Source of the DNA: a virus
Taxonomy: Duplodnaviria > Caudoviricetes
Length of the DNA stretch: 62,294 nt
Direction: 5' to 3' (one strand)
IMG/VR virus record: IMGVR_UViG_3300028608_000014
Span: 1-62,294 of that record
The notes under the pieces were generated by a model. That model saw only the letters and a program-made list of their open reading frames with translations, was not told the origin of the DNA and did not search any database. Shown in pieces: positions 1 to 8,171 of this stretch. Within the stretch, counting starts at the first letter, position 1; each line of letters opens with the position of its first letter. The position numbers were made by a program, and so were the translations under genes.

Positions 1-12
1 CCTGCCCCCGTC
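1..12. repeat. 12-bp terminal direct repeat CCTGCCCCCGTC (left copy)
   Basis: Identical to 62283-62294. Confidence 0.85.
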
Positions 13-120
13 CGGGCCCCCGCCTGCAGGCCTTCCCCGGGGCGGCCGGGCCGGCACCCCCCGCGCGGCGGGCGGCCTGGAAACTACCCCTTAAGAAGGC
101 CCCAGGGGGGCTAAACCCGG

Positions 121-149
121 GGGAATTTTCGGAAGATCCGAAAATTCCC
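121..149. repeat. Perfect 13-bp inverted repeat GGGAATTTTCGGA-AGA-TCCGAAAATTCCC
   Basis: Read directly from the sequence. Confidence 0.85.
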
Positions 150-163
150 GGCGCACCTGGACA

Positions 164-204
164 CAAAAACACCCCCCGGCGGATATGCCAGGGGGTGTTT
201 TTTG
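164..204 (-). terminator. Intrinsic terminator (probably bidirectional) ending the left-arm operon
   Basis: AAAAACACCCCC...GGGGGTGTTTTTT hairpin downstream of the last leftward gene. Confidence 0.75.
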
Positions 205-222
205 CGGTGCCCGTTGTGTGCC

Positions 223-507
223 TTAGCCCGGGGCCAGGGTCACAGTCCCGTTAGTGCTGAAGTGAGCATTCAGGGCCGCACTAATGGCCGCGTCTACAGT
301 GGTGTAATTCTCTGCAGTACGCGGGGCCGGGCACGATACCCGGACCTTATCGCCGTTGTATGTGGTGAGCATGTAGCCGCCGCCGTGAGGCAGGCTGTAG
401 CCTTCCGCCTCAAATACTGACATCCAGGGCGGGGACCATACCGTTAGCCGTTCCCGTTTGTGTGTGGAGCTGTAGTCATAGTCAACTATGACGCCGTAAA
501 CCGTCAT
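223..507 (-). CDS. hypothetical early protein
   Basis: 94-aa ORF in the tightly packed leftward operon. Confidence 0.7.
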   Translation of the reverse strand: MTVYGVIVDYDYSSTHKRERLTVWSPPWMSVFEAEGYSLPHGGGYMLTTYNGDKVRVSCPAPRTAENYTTVDAAISAALNAHFSTNGTVTLAPG

Positions 508-511
508 GGCT

Positions 512-733
512 CTAACCCTCGTTTACCGTCGCGGCGACGTCGCCTAGCTGCAGCTCACCCGGGCGGGCGTAGCCGGCGTAAAACTCACCCGCATATTCGG
601 CGTTCAAGTGGCACCGTTCCGGACTCCACAGAATCGCGGTTACCGCCGTGCCTGCAGGGAAGGCGTGGGGGGTGTCGTCCTGCCATTGCTGCAGGGTGAG
701 CGGGGCCAGGGTGACCGCGTGATAAATTTTCAT
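512..733 (-). CDS. hypothetical early protein (MKIYHAV...)
   Basis: ATG overlapping the upstream stop, CGGAAGGC RBS. Confidence 0.7.
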   Translation of the reverse strand: MKIYHAVTLAPLTLQQWQDDTPHAFPAGTAVTAILWSPERCHLNAEYAGEFYAGYARPGELQLGDVAATVNEG

Positions 734-1320
734 TGCTTCGGGCCTTCCGCCATTGTTTCGGTAATCATGTGTTTGATCCCCTGCAGGGTATCGGCCATAA
801 CCCGGCCATAGCCGGCGCTGTAGTTGGTGGCCACGTATAGCCCGCGCGTGTTGCGGGCGTCTATGTTCCACCCTTTGTACTCACGGGGGAACGGATGAGG
901 CACACGGGGGTTAGTAGATACCAGGGCACCCCCCTTGATAACCGGGGGGTCTTCGGGGGGTGTAAGCGGGGCCACTTTATCCGCCGTGACACGGTATAAG
1001 TGGTGCCCCCTAACCCGTATGTCATACACCCCGCCCGGATAGGCGCGCTCAATATAGCCCGTGGCCCACGCGCCATATTCCGGCGTTTCCTGCAGTAGTT
1101 TGACGGTCATTCCCGCCACATATGCCGGGGGATCTTCCGGGGCCGGGGCGGGATCTTCCGGAAATTCCGGGACACCCGCCCATTCCAAAAGTTCTACATC
1201 CCCGGCGTCTATGTGGGCGGCCAGGGCCTGCAGCTCGCTAATTTCGCCGTAGCTTATGCATTCCGCCTGTATCTGTGACCGGAGATACTCAAGCCGGGCG
1301 GGGATGTCTTCAGTGGTCAT
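730..1320 (-). CDS. hypothetical early protein
   Basis: 196-aa ORF, ACGGAAGGC RBS, 4-bp overlaps with neighbours. Confidence 0.8.
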   Translation of the reverse strand: MTTEDIPARLEYLRSQIQAECISYGEISELQALAAHIDAGDVELLEWAGVPEFPEDPAPAPEDPPAYVAGMTVKLLQETPEYGAWATGYIERAYPGGVYDIRVRGHHLYRVTADKVAPLTPPEDPPVIKGGALVSTNPRVPHPFPREYKGWNIDARNTRGLYVATNYSAGYGRVMADTLQGIKHMITETMAEGPKQ

Positions 1321-1685
1321 TGTTCCGGGCCTTCCGTCGTAAGCGCTGCAGCGGGCTTAACCCAATATTGGAATTTCCAGCCGCTGAAATAACTGTTCAC
1401 TTCCATCCGGGGGCCGTCACGCTTGACCCCGTGCGGCTTGATTAGAGCATCTACCCACTTCCGCAACACGTCGGCGGGCGGGCAGGACCACCAACGTAAG
1501 CCGGGTATCTCTTGCACATGCACATAGACGCGGCTAGATCCCGGCGTGTAGCTAATCCAAGTTTCAGTGTCGGGCAGGTACCCCGGGCCGGAGCTGGCCC
1601 GGATATGCCTAGCGGTCACCGGGGCGGGGGCTTCAGCGGGCACGGCGGGCACTGCAGCGGCCCCGGGCGTATAGTCCCGGCTCAC
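1317..1685 (-). CDS. hypothetical early protein
   Basis: GTG start, CGGAAGGC RBS, overlaps neighbours. Confidence 0.75.
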   Translation of the reverse strand: MSRDYTPGAAAVPAVPAEAPAPVTARHIRASSGPGYLPDTETWISYTPGSSRVYVHVQEIPGLRWWSCPPADVLRKWVDALIKPHGVKRDGPRMEVNSYFSGWKFQYWVKPAAALTTEGPEQ

Positions 1686-2281
1686 CGTTCCGGGCCTTCC
1701 GGCTTAGGTGCTGCAGCGGGGCGTATCTGTGAATAGTGGCCCGTGACATCAGTAAACGAGTAGTGAGCCGCGCCGCCGTCCAGGGCGGCTAGCGCGGCGT
1801 CAAGCCCGGCCACGTCACCGGGCGGGAAATAGCGGGCTAAGTCATGCCGGGCCAGGCCGGCCGCTACAGCCGCCGGGGGCTTAGCGCCGTGCGGCTCAAA
1901 CGTCCACACCTCATACCGGGCCGGGCCAGGGGCCTGCAGGCCTTCCGCTACTTTCATCCATTCCGGCCATGCGGCCATAAGATCCCGCGCGCCCTGCAGT
2001 GTGCCCCCGTCCCGGATAGTCTCACATATCAATTCCGCGCCGGGTGAGAGATAGTGATTAGCACCATTCCAGCGGACATAGGCACTCCCGGCACTCCCGG
2101 CATTCCCGTAGTTCACCACATAGACGCGTCGCCACTTCGGCGCGGGGCCACGGGTGCGCACCATGTAGCACGTTGGAATTTTCGGGCCGTAGCCCTTAAT
2201 CGCCTGCCCCGATAGGGGGGTGTCTGTAATTTTTGCGGCCGTAACGTCGCCGGCCTGCAGGTGCTTTAGATCTTCAGTCAT
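1682..2281 (-). CDS. hypothetical early protein (GYGxKIPT...WRRVY motif)
   Basis: Start set at MTEDL after ACGGAAGGCTAGG RBS. Confidence 0.75.
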   Translation of the reverse strand: MTEDLKHLQAGDVTAAKITDTPLSGQAIKGYGPKIPTCYMVRTRGPAPKWRRVYVVNYGNAGSAGSAYVRWNGANHYLSPGAELICETIRDGGTLQGARDLMAAWPEWMKVAEGLQAPGPARYEVWTFEPHGAKPPAAVAAGLARHDLARYFPPGDVAGLDAALAALDGGAAHYSFTDVTGHYSQIRPAAAPKPEGPER

Positions 2282-2285
2282 TGTC

Positions 2286-2681
2286 CTAGCCTTCCGTGGT
2301 GTCGTCGTCGTCGTCGTCGCCGTATGCCAGCGCCTCAAATTCTTCCGGCGTCAAAAATTTGTCCAGGCGCTCACTAACGCGCCTGCAGGCCTCAAATGTG
2401 CGATACGCGGCCCGGCTATCCGTGTCATAGCCGTATTCCCCCGCCCATTCCTCGAATGAACGCGCGTTGCGGTAGCCGTTGGCGTCATCGATCAAACACT
2501 CCAGTACTTCGGCGGCCGTAGGGGGCGTATTGGGCAGGCCTATGCCCTTATAAAACGGCACGGTGTAACTGTTGCCCCGTGCATTTTTCAGCGTGACTTT
2601 CCACCCGTTGTTAGGTGATCCCCATTCCGTATTTTCCGGGCCAGGTTTGGCCGTGGCGCTGAAGCCGTCCCATTTACTCAC
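2286..2681 (-). CDS. hypothetical early protein with acidic C-terminus
   Basis: GTG after CGGAAGGCTAG RBS; FEEWAGEYGYDTDSR motif, poly-Asp tail. Confidence 0.75.
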   Translation of the reverse strand: MSKWDGFSATAKPGPENTEWGSPNNGWKVTLKNARGNSYTVPFYKGIGLPNTPPTAAEVLECLIDDANGYRNARSFEEWAGEYGYDTDSRAAYRTFEACRRVSERLDKFLTPEEFEALAYGDDDDDDTTEG

Positions 2682-2685
2682 GGCG

Positions 2686-3105
2686 CTAGCCTTCCGGGTC
2701 TTCGGGGCGGGTAAATTCCGCGCGGTATGCATTGATAAACGGCAGGGCATACATTCGAGTACCCGCGCGCTTGAATCCTGCAGCGGCCAGGTAGGAATAT
2801 GCGCCCGCGTAGGGCTCACCGTCTTTAGTCCAGTCGCGGGGGGCCGTGACGCCTTCCCATAATTCGAGTTGTGCCACGGCGCGGCCTGCAGCTTCGGCGG
2901 CGGCTATCCGTTTTTCTTCGGTATCGAACCTGTTTTCGGGGGTGCTTAGCCGCCATTCCAACCATGCCAGCGCGGCGGCTAGCTTGACCCGTTCCCGCCC
3001 GTCTTCCGGCCATGCAACGGCGGCGCTCACTAAGGGCAAAATTTCATCCGGGGTCACGGTGACGCTGAAACTAGGCGCACCCCCGGCCCATTGCGGCCCC
3101 GTCAT
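2686..3105 (-). CDS. hypothetical early protein
   Basis: 139-aa ORF, operon packing. Confidence 0.7.
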   Translation of the reverse strand: MTGPQWAGGAPSFSVTVTPDEILPLVSAAVAWPEDGRERVKLAAALAWLEWRLSTPENRFDTEEKRIAAAEAAGRAVAQLELWEGVTAPRDWTKDGEPYAGAYSYLAAAGFKRAGTRMYALPFINAYRAEFTRPEDPEG

Positions 3106-3722
3106 GACTTCAGCGCGCCCATGCTTGCCAGGAACATTTCGGCGTCAAGCAATGACGGGTGAGCGCCTATCTCATGCCATGCAATGCCGCCGCCGGGCTC
3201 ACCGTCAAAACGGTAAACGGTGCTATCCGCAATGATGTAGCCCTCATTAGCGGGGGTGTAGGGCGCGCGGTAGGCACCCCGGATAATGTGGAATGACTCT
3301 AGCCCGCCGCGCCATTTGGTCACGGCGTTACTGCCGTAATTGGGCACCACGGGCGCGGCCTGCCCCCGTTTGGCCACAAAACGGACGGTCACGTTAGGCG
3401 CGCTGCAGGCCTTCCGTAGTGCCTCAATTGCGCCCGGCACGGTCCCGTCATAGTCAACCAGGACGGCCGAACCATAATCACGGCTAGGCTTAATCGGAAC
3501 GTCCAAACTAGGATCTTCCCATTTATGCGTGGGCACTTGCACGGTTGCATAGGGGCCGTCGTCCTGCAGCGAGACATAGACAAAACCAATTTTGAACGGC
3601 GGGCGCGTTTCCATCAGTGCCCATAGGGTAAAGCCCGCGACTAGGGCGGCCTCAAGAATGGGCACGATAACGGCGTCTACTATCCCGGCTAGCGGGTGTG
3701 TTGCGGGTGTTGCTTCAGTCAT
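3102..3722 (-). CDS. hypothetical early protein with an N-terminal hydrophobic segment
   Basis: Start MTEAT after ACACGGAAGGC RBS, directly downstream of a promoter. Confidence 0.75.
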   Translation of the reverse strand: MTEATPATHPLAGIVDAVIVPILEAALVAGFTLWALMETRPPFKIGFVYVSLQDDGPYATVQVPTHKWEDPSLDVPIKPSRDYGSAVLVDYDGTVPGAIEALRKACSAPNVTVRFVAKRGQAAPVVPNYGSNAVTKWRGGLESFHIIRGAYRAPYTPANEGYIIADSTVYRFDGEPGGGIAWHEIGAHPSLLDAEMFLASMGALKS

Positions 3723-3770
3723 GGCCCTGGGCCTTCCGTGTTGTGTGTTGGTGAGCGGGTGCATGCAACC

Positions 3771-3800
3771 ATTACAGCACCCTACGTGCGTAGGGTGCAA
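3771..3800 (-). promoter_or_regulatory. SigA-like promoter TTGCAC-N18-TGTAAT with CACCCTAC-N4-GTAGGGTG operator
   Basis: Motif repeated at 5672, 62133 and four rightward promoters. Confidence 0.75.
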
Positions 3801-3925
3801 GCCCTACAGCAAAAACGGGATACTGAAAACCAGGATCACTAGGAAAGTGGAGACTATGTGACTTAGCCGGGGTAGTATCCCCCCGTTACTGTCCGTGTGG
3901 TCACTCAAAAATGAGTGGTGCCGGC

Positions 3926-4267
3926 TCACGGTTCACCGGCACAATCGGCCCTAACCGTTGCTTGCACGTCGGGGGGAAGACTGGACCATTTAGCGGACTC
4001 ACGATAGGCCCGGCGGCGGTAGCCGGCCAGGTCATAGGCCGTTATCTCACTGGAGACCCCAAACCCCTGGGCGCTTGACGGGTGCTCACTCATGCCCCGA
4101 TACCAAAGCCAGGTATCGGCGTAAGTGGTGCCGGTGACGCGCTCACGATAGACGACGGTGTACCTATCCCACGTTTTACCGCCGTTGTCATAGATGGCCA
4201 GGACTCCCGGGGGGCAGTCGCCGTCCAGGAATTTTTTCGACTGACGGCGCGGGCTGTAGGCAGTCAT
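3926..4267 (-). CDS. hypothetical early protein (YDNGGKTWDRYTVV motif)
   Basis: 113-aa ORF overlapping the upstream stop. Confidence 0.75.
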   Translation of the reverse strand: MTAYSPRRQSKKFLDGDCPPGVLAIYDNGGKTWDRYTVVYRERVTGTTYADTWLWYRGMSEHPSSAQGFGVSSEITAYDLAGYRRRAYRESAKWSSLPPDVQATVRADCAGEP

Positions 4268-4491
4268 GCCGCTAGCCCTAGAGTGAGCAACGATTCTTGA
4301 CGCGAGCCCGCGCCGGCCGGGTGCATGTTGTTTATGTGCGCCTCACCCGTGAGCCATTCCCCTAGCGGCCCCCGGCGGTGAATCCACCACACATTAGCCT
4401 TAGGGTGCCGGTCCAGGACTTCCCATGTATCGGGGCTACCGTCCACCGTGACCGCCGCGCCGTGTTTGATGTCTTTTGCTTGCATTGCCAT
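4264..4491 (-). CDS. hypothetical early protein (MAMQAKDIK...)
   Basis: ACACGGAAGGC RBS. Confidence 0.7.
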   Translation of the reverse strand: MAMQAKDIKHGAAVTVDGSPDTWEVLDRHPKANVWWIHRRGPLGEWLTGEAHINNMHPAGAGSRQESLLTLGLAA

Positions 4492-4495
4492 GGCC

Positions 4496-4843
4496 CTAGG
4501 CCGCCTTCCGTGTGGTGTTTGAGTCCTGCCATTCCTGCAGTGTCTGCAGCACGGGCGCACACTTGACGCGCCGTTTACCGGGGCCGGGGATAGTCCGGGC
4601 CGATAGTTGTTTGAGTAGGGATTCAACGTTGATAGCCCCCCGGGAGACACCCCGGGCCGTTTTCCTATCCGGCGTAGTGTCCCCGTCCAGGGTGAGGAAA
4701 CACCTGAATGTTGTTCCGGGAATAGTCACTACATGAGTAGTGCCGGGGCCAGGCGCGAGCGGTTCAACGCGGCGGCCTAGGGGGTTAGGCGGGGCAGAAA
4801 ATGAGGAATAGCCGGGGCCGTAGTTGCGGGCTTTATACGACAT
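4496..4843 (-). CDS. hypothetical early protein
   Basis: CCGGAAGG RBS, 115 aa. Confidence 0.65.
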   Translation of the reverse strand: MSYKARNYGPGYSSFSAPPNPLGRRVEPLAPGPGTTHVVTIPGTTFRCFLTLDGDTTPDRKTARGVSRGAINVESLLKQLSARTIPGPGKRRVKCAPVLQTLQEWQDSNTTRKAA

Positions 4844-4862
4844 TTTGTGATCCTTCCGGGGG

Positions 4863-5069
4863 TTAGAAATTGAGTGAGCCTAGAGTCATGAGGGCGGCGG
4901 CCCCGCCTATTGCGGCGGCCCACTGCAGGGCGGGGCTAAGACGGCGGGCGGCGCGGTCCAGGTCACGGGATACCCGCGCGGCCGGCGCGCTAGTCCAGTA
5001 GTCACGGCGGGCGGCCCGGCGCGCTGCAGGGGACACCCGGCGGCGGCTCACACGGTGCCGGCGGCTCAC
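4863..5069 (-). CDS. small Arg-rich protein with a C-terminal hydrophobic segment
   Basis: GTGA overlap with the upstream gene. Confidence 0.55.
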   Translation of the reverse strand: MSRRHRVSRRRVSPAARRAARRDYWTSAPAARVSRDLDRAARRLSPALQWAAAIGGAAALMTLGSLNF

Positions 5070-5596
5070 GGGGTCACCTGCAGGCACTTAGTGATGGCCT
5101 CATCTTGCACGGCGGTAATCATGGCCCGCGCGGGGTAATAGTCCAGGGCCGTACTCATGACTTGTTGTTCCGTGTCCAGGGGCCGGGCGGGCGACTCCCA
5201 ATAATCCCCGGCGTCTATGCCGCCTAGTATTTCCTCAATACTGAATCGGCCTAGAGTCGCCGTGACCGTCACGCCGTAATAGTGCCAATCATCATTTTTC
5301 CAGGCGGCCAGGTCTTCCGGGTCATAGCATTCCAAGTCTTCCGGTGACCCGTCATAGTCGCGCCATATCTCATAGGTGAGAGTCACCCCGGCGTTAGTAT
5401 CCTGCAGCGTGTAAACGGCGTGCACGCGCTCACTGAAGATCAATTCAGCGGTGAAGCCCTGCAGCGCCTGCAGCACGGCCGCTACGTAACGCGCCGCTAT
5501 TAGGGCGTATTGGGCCGTGCGGCCTAGGGCGCGGTTAGCGCGGTAGATAGACGCCGGGCTAGTCCGGCGGGTGTCGGTCATATCAAAAGTGAGCAT
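5066..5596 (-). CDS. hypothetical early protein (MLTFDM...)
   Basis: ACACGGAAGGC RBS; first gene after the 5.69 kb promoter. Confidence 0.75.
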   Translation of the reverse strand: MLTFDMTDTRRTSPASIYRANRALGRTAQYALIAARYVAAVLQALQGFTAELIFSERVHAVYTLQDTNAGVTLTYEIWRDYDGSPEDLECYDPEDLAAWKNDDWHYYGVTVTATLGRFSIEEILGGIDAGDYWESPARPLDTEQQVMSTALDYYPARAMITAVQDEAITKCLQVTP

Positions 5597-5662
5597 TTTT
5601 CTAAGCCTTCCGTGTGGTGAGCGGTCCAGGCTGCAGGGGTGTAGAGCTGCAGGCCGTCCCCC

Positions 5663-5692
5663 CATGATGCGCCCTAGTTATGTAGGGTGCAA
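5663..5692 (-). promoter_or_regulatory. Promoter with TTGCAC -35 and CCCTAC-N4-CTAGGG operator
   Basis: Shares GGGCTTGCACCCTA with the 3771 and 62126 promoters. Confidence 0.7.
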
Positions 5693-6055
5693 GCCCCCAA
5701 AAAATACAGCTCTATATGCACGGCGGGGCAATTGTTCCAGGGTAAACCTGGCGGCAGGATGTAGGACGTCCTATGTCAGTAGGCCTGGCCGGGTGAGAAG
5801 CGTTCTCAACAGCAGGCCCGGCCGGCCAGGTCCGAGAGCCCGACTCTCACTTACCGAAGTTCATGATTTTGCATGGGAAAGAACCCTAAAGAACCCAAAA
5901 CCCGGGGAAACCCGGGGAAAACTGCGGAAATCTTGATCCAATCTTGAGAAACAGGTAGTAGGGCATTGATAAACCTGAGTACCTATGGAACTCTCTAGGT
6001 ACTGGCCCTGTAAGTACAGGCCTACACACCATCTCGCAACAGGAGCACACCCCAC

Positions 6056-6421
6056 ATGGTCTTGATTAACGACGGCGCGCACTTGTCAGTCATCGAGGGG
6101 ATGAAGGACAAGGGCGAGTGCGCCGGAGGCTGCAACCACGACGCACGGTCAGGCCCCAAAGAACCCCTGTCCCCGCAAAACCCGGCAGGCACCGGCCGTT
6201 TTGATGAGGCCCTGAAGCAGCTGCAGATCGCCAAGCTGGCGCACGAGCACCGCAAACTCCGCACCGAGGCGGAGAACACGCTACGGGATCTGGACTTCAA
6301 ACTGACCCTGGAAAAGCTGACCTATGAGGCCTCGCTGGACGGTGTGCCCGTCCGGCACATCACCGCCTCCCATGACCAGGCATTCGAGGCCCTGGAGGCC
6401 GCGCAGCAAAGGATTGCCTGA
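6056..6421 (+). CDS. hypothetical protein
   Basis: ACAGGAGCAC RBS, 121 aa. Confidence 0.7.
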   Translation: MVLINDGAHLSVIEGMKDKGECAGGCNHDARSGPKEPLSPQNPAGTGRFDEALKQLQIAKLAHEHRKLRTEAENTLRDLDFKLTLEKLTYEASLDGVPVRHITASHDQAFEALEAAQQRIA

Positions 6422-6422
6422 G

Positions 6423-6671
6423 ATGACCGCCCTGCCTCCGGTCGGGGACGCGCCGGACATCCTGCTCCGGCTCAACCGGGCACACGAGGCCATGCACGAT
6501 GAGATCAACGCGCACCAGAGCGCCTGCAACGCGGCCCTGGCGGATCTCTGGAAGAAGCATGCGCCGTTCATCACCGAGGCCAAGAGCGTGTTTCTGCAGG
6601 TCCAGGCGGAGGCCTACCGCGCAGGCTTCACCGACGATGAGATCAACACGGCGCTGCCCGAGTGTGACTGA
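6423..6671 (+). CDS. hypothetical protein (MTALPP...)
   Basis: ATG immediately after the upstream stop; core-type codon usage. Confidence 0.7.
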   Translation: MTALPPVGDAPDILLRLNRAHEAMHDEINAHQSACNAALADLWKKHAPFITEAKSVFLQVQAEAYRAGFTDDEINTALPECD

Positions 6672-6675
6672 GGGG

Positions 6676-6740
6676 ACACCCCCCTTGGTAAATCTCAAAG
6701 AGGCACACCCTCCTGGGTAAATTTCAAAGCGACACACCCC
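6676..6740. repeat. 29-bp tandem direct repeat (two copies plus a partial third)
   Basis: ACACCCCCCTTGGTAAATCTCAAAGAGGC / ACACCCTCCTGGGTAAATTTCAAAGCGAC, 24/29 identical. Confidence 0.8.
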
Positions 6741-6862
6741 GTATCAATTACTGCCTGCGCCGTCTTATTGATTATTCTGTGTACTGGTGTCACTGTTGCT
6801 TTACTGCACACAGGTAAAGAGGCAGGAGCGAAACACATACACACAGAGGGAGCAACCATCAC

Positions 6863-7516
6863 ATGAGCAGTGATATGACGGCGCTACAGACACTTCAGTT
6901 CCAGTGGAGAAATTTCGCCATTGACCGGGGCAAGGCGCGGCGCGAGGTGCAGGCCGATGTGGACATCAAGCAGGAGCAGATGAATGCCCTGCGCGAGGAG
7001 ATCCTGGCCCTGGAGCAGAACTTCGAGGAGAAGTGGAAGAACCGCAAGACCGAACTGCGCAGCGCCCTGGATGAGGCCGTGAAGGCGGAGCTGCGCAGCG
7101 GACGTTCGGCCCAGTCGGTGCTGCGCGAACTCGGCAGCCAGAACACGGTCTGGATGTACGGCCTCGCGGCCGAGGTCAAGGAGGAGGGCGGCCAGCCGGC
7201 CGCGCCCGACTTCCAGCCGGTGCCCGATGCGGAGATTGAAGGCGTCGAGTGGCTGCACCATGACCACACGGGCGTGCACCGCTGGCTGCTCTCGGCCGAC
7301 GGCAAATACATCAAGCGCTACGGTGCCGAGGGCTCGGACTTCGACGGCCAGTCCTTTGTCTGTAACCGGGACTACGCCTTTGTGGCAGGGTCCAAGCCCC
7401 TCTATGAGGCGACGGCCAAGGCCGAGATGGGCAAGCGGGTGGCCATGCTGGAGAAGCTGCTCTCGGGCACCTACGCCGGCAAGATCAAGCTCGGGGACAA
7501 CCGCTGGGTGGCCTAA
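6863..7516 (+). CDS. hypothetical protein with an N-terminal coiled coil
   Basis: 217 aa, GGGAGCA RBS, followed by a terminator. Confidence 0.85.
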   Translation: MSSDMTALQTLQFQWRNFAIDRGKARREVQADVDIKQEQMNALREEILALEQNFEEKWKNRKTELRSALDEAVKAELRSGRSAQSVLRELGSQNTVWMYGLAAEVKEEGGQPAAPDFQPVPDAEIEGVEWLHHDHTGVHRWLLSADGKYIKRYGAEGSDFDGQSFVCNRDYAFVAGSKPLYEATAKAEMGKRVAMLEKLLSGTYAGKIKLGDNRWVA

Positions 7517-7534
7517 AGAAATTGAGTGGCGGGG

Positions 7535-7568
7535 AGACCCCCTTCGGTAAATCCGGAGGGGGTCTTTT
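7535..7568 (+). terminator. Intrinsic terminator
   Basis: AGACCCCCTTCGG...CCGGAGGGGGTCT followed by TTT. Confidence 0.7.
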
Positions 7569-7608
7569 GCTGCCCACAATCCTTTGCAGTAGGGCTGTGG
7601 ATTGCATC

Positions 7609-7637
7609 TTGTAGATACCCTACGTGTGTAGTATGTT
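7609..7637 (+). promoter_or_regulatory. Promoter TTGTAG-N17-TATGTT with CTAC-GTGT-GTAG operator
   Basis: Shared operator; upstream of a CTACACACCAGGAGCA RBS. Confidence 0.6.
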
Positions 7638-7674
7638 GGACGCATACACCAGCACTACACACCAGGAGCACAGC

Positions 7675-7857
7675 ATGAGCTACGATCCCCGCGACGACGA
7701 TTACGAGGCCACCCCCATCGTCCGCGAGCAGTGCGGGCATGAGGACGTGGCCGGCGGCTGGTGCCAGAACTGCGGGGACGCCATCGAGGACTGGGAGCCC
7801 TCCGATGCGCAGATCTTCGCTCAGTACGGCCAGACCATGGAGCCGAGGGCAGCATGA
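7675..7857 (+). CDS. small acidic Cys/His (zinc-ribbon-like) protein
   Basis: CGH...CQNC motif, strong RBS. Confidence 0.75.
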   Translation: MSYDPRDDDYEATPIVREQCGHEDVAGGWCQNCGDAIEDWEPSDAQIFAQYGQTMEPRAA

Positions 7858-7952
7858 AGATCCGTATCCCTACCACGTACCCCTGACATTAAAACCGTAA
7901 CCCCCGTCACACGCTGTGACAAAGCGATAAACCTTCCAATGATTGGAGTAAC

Positions 7953-8171
7953 GTGACTAGACTCATCTCTCAACAGCTCGTTGACCTGCTTGTTGAGGAA
8001 CGCAAGCGGCAGGGACTCTCCCAGATGGAAGTGGCAGTCCGCATGGGAGCGGCAACATCGTGGATACAGGCAATCGAATACAACCAGCAAGCCGGGCGGC
8101 AGGTCTCGGCCTTCCAGCGCTACGCCGACGCACTCGGGGTGGACCTGGAGGTCACCATCGCCCGGCCCTAG
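7953..8171 (+). CDS. XRE-family helix-turn-helix regulator
   Basis: RKRQGLSQMEVAVRMG...IQAIE...YADALG pattern. Confidence 0.85.
   Translation: MTRLISQQLVDLLVEERKRQGLSQMEVAVRMGAATSWIQAIEYNQQAGRQVSAFQRYADALGVDLEVTIARP

Noticed and set aside
2299-2319. (GTC)n microsatellite
   Set aside because: It simply encodes the poly-Asp tail of the 2286-2681 protein.
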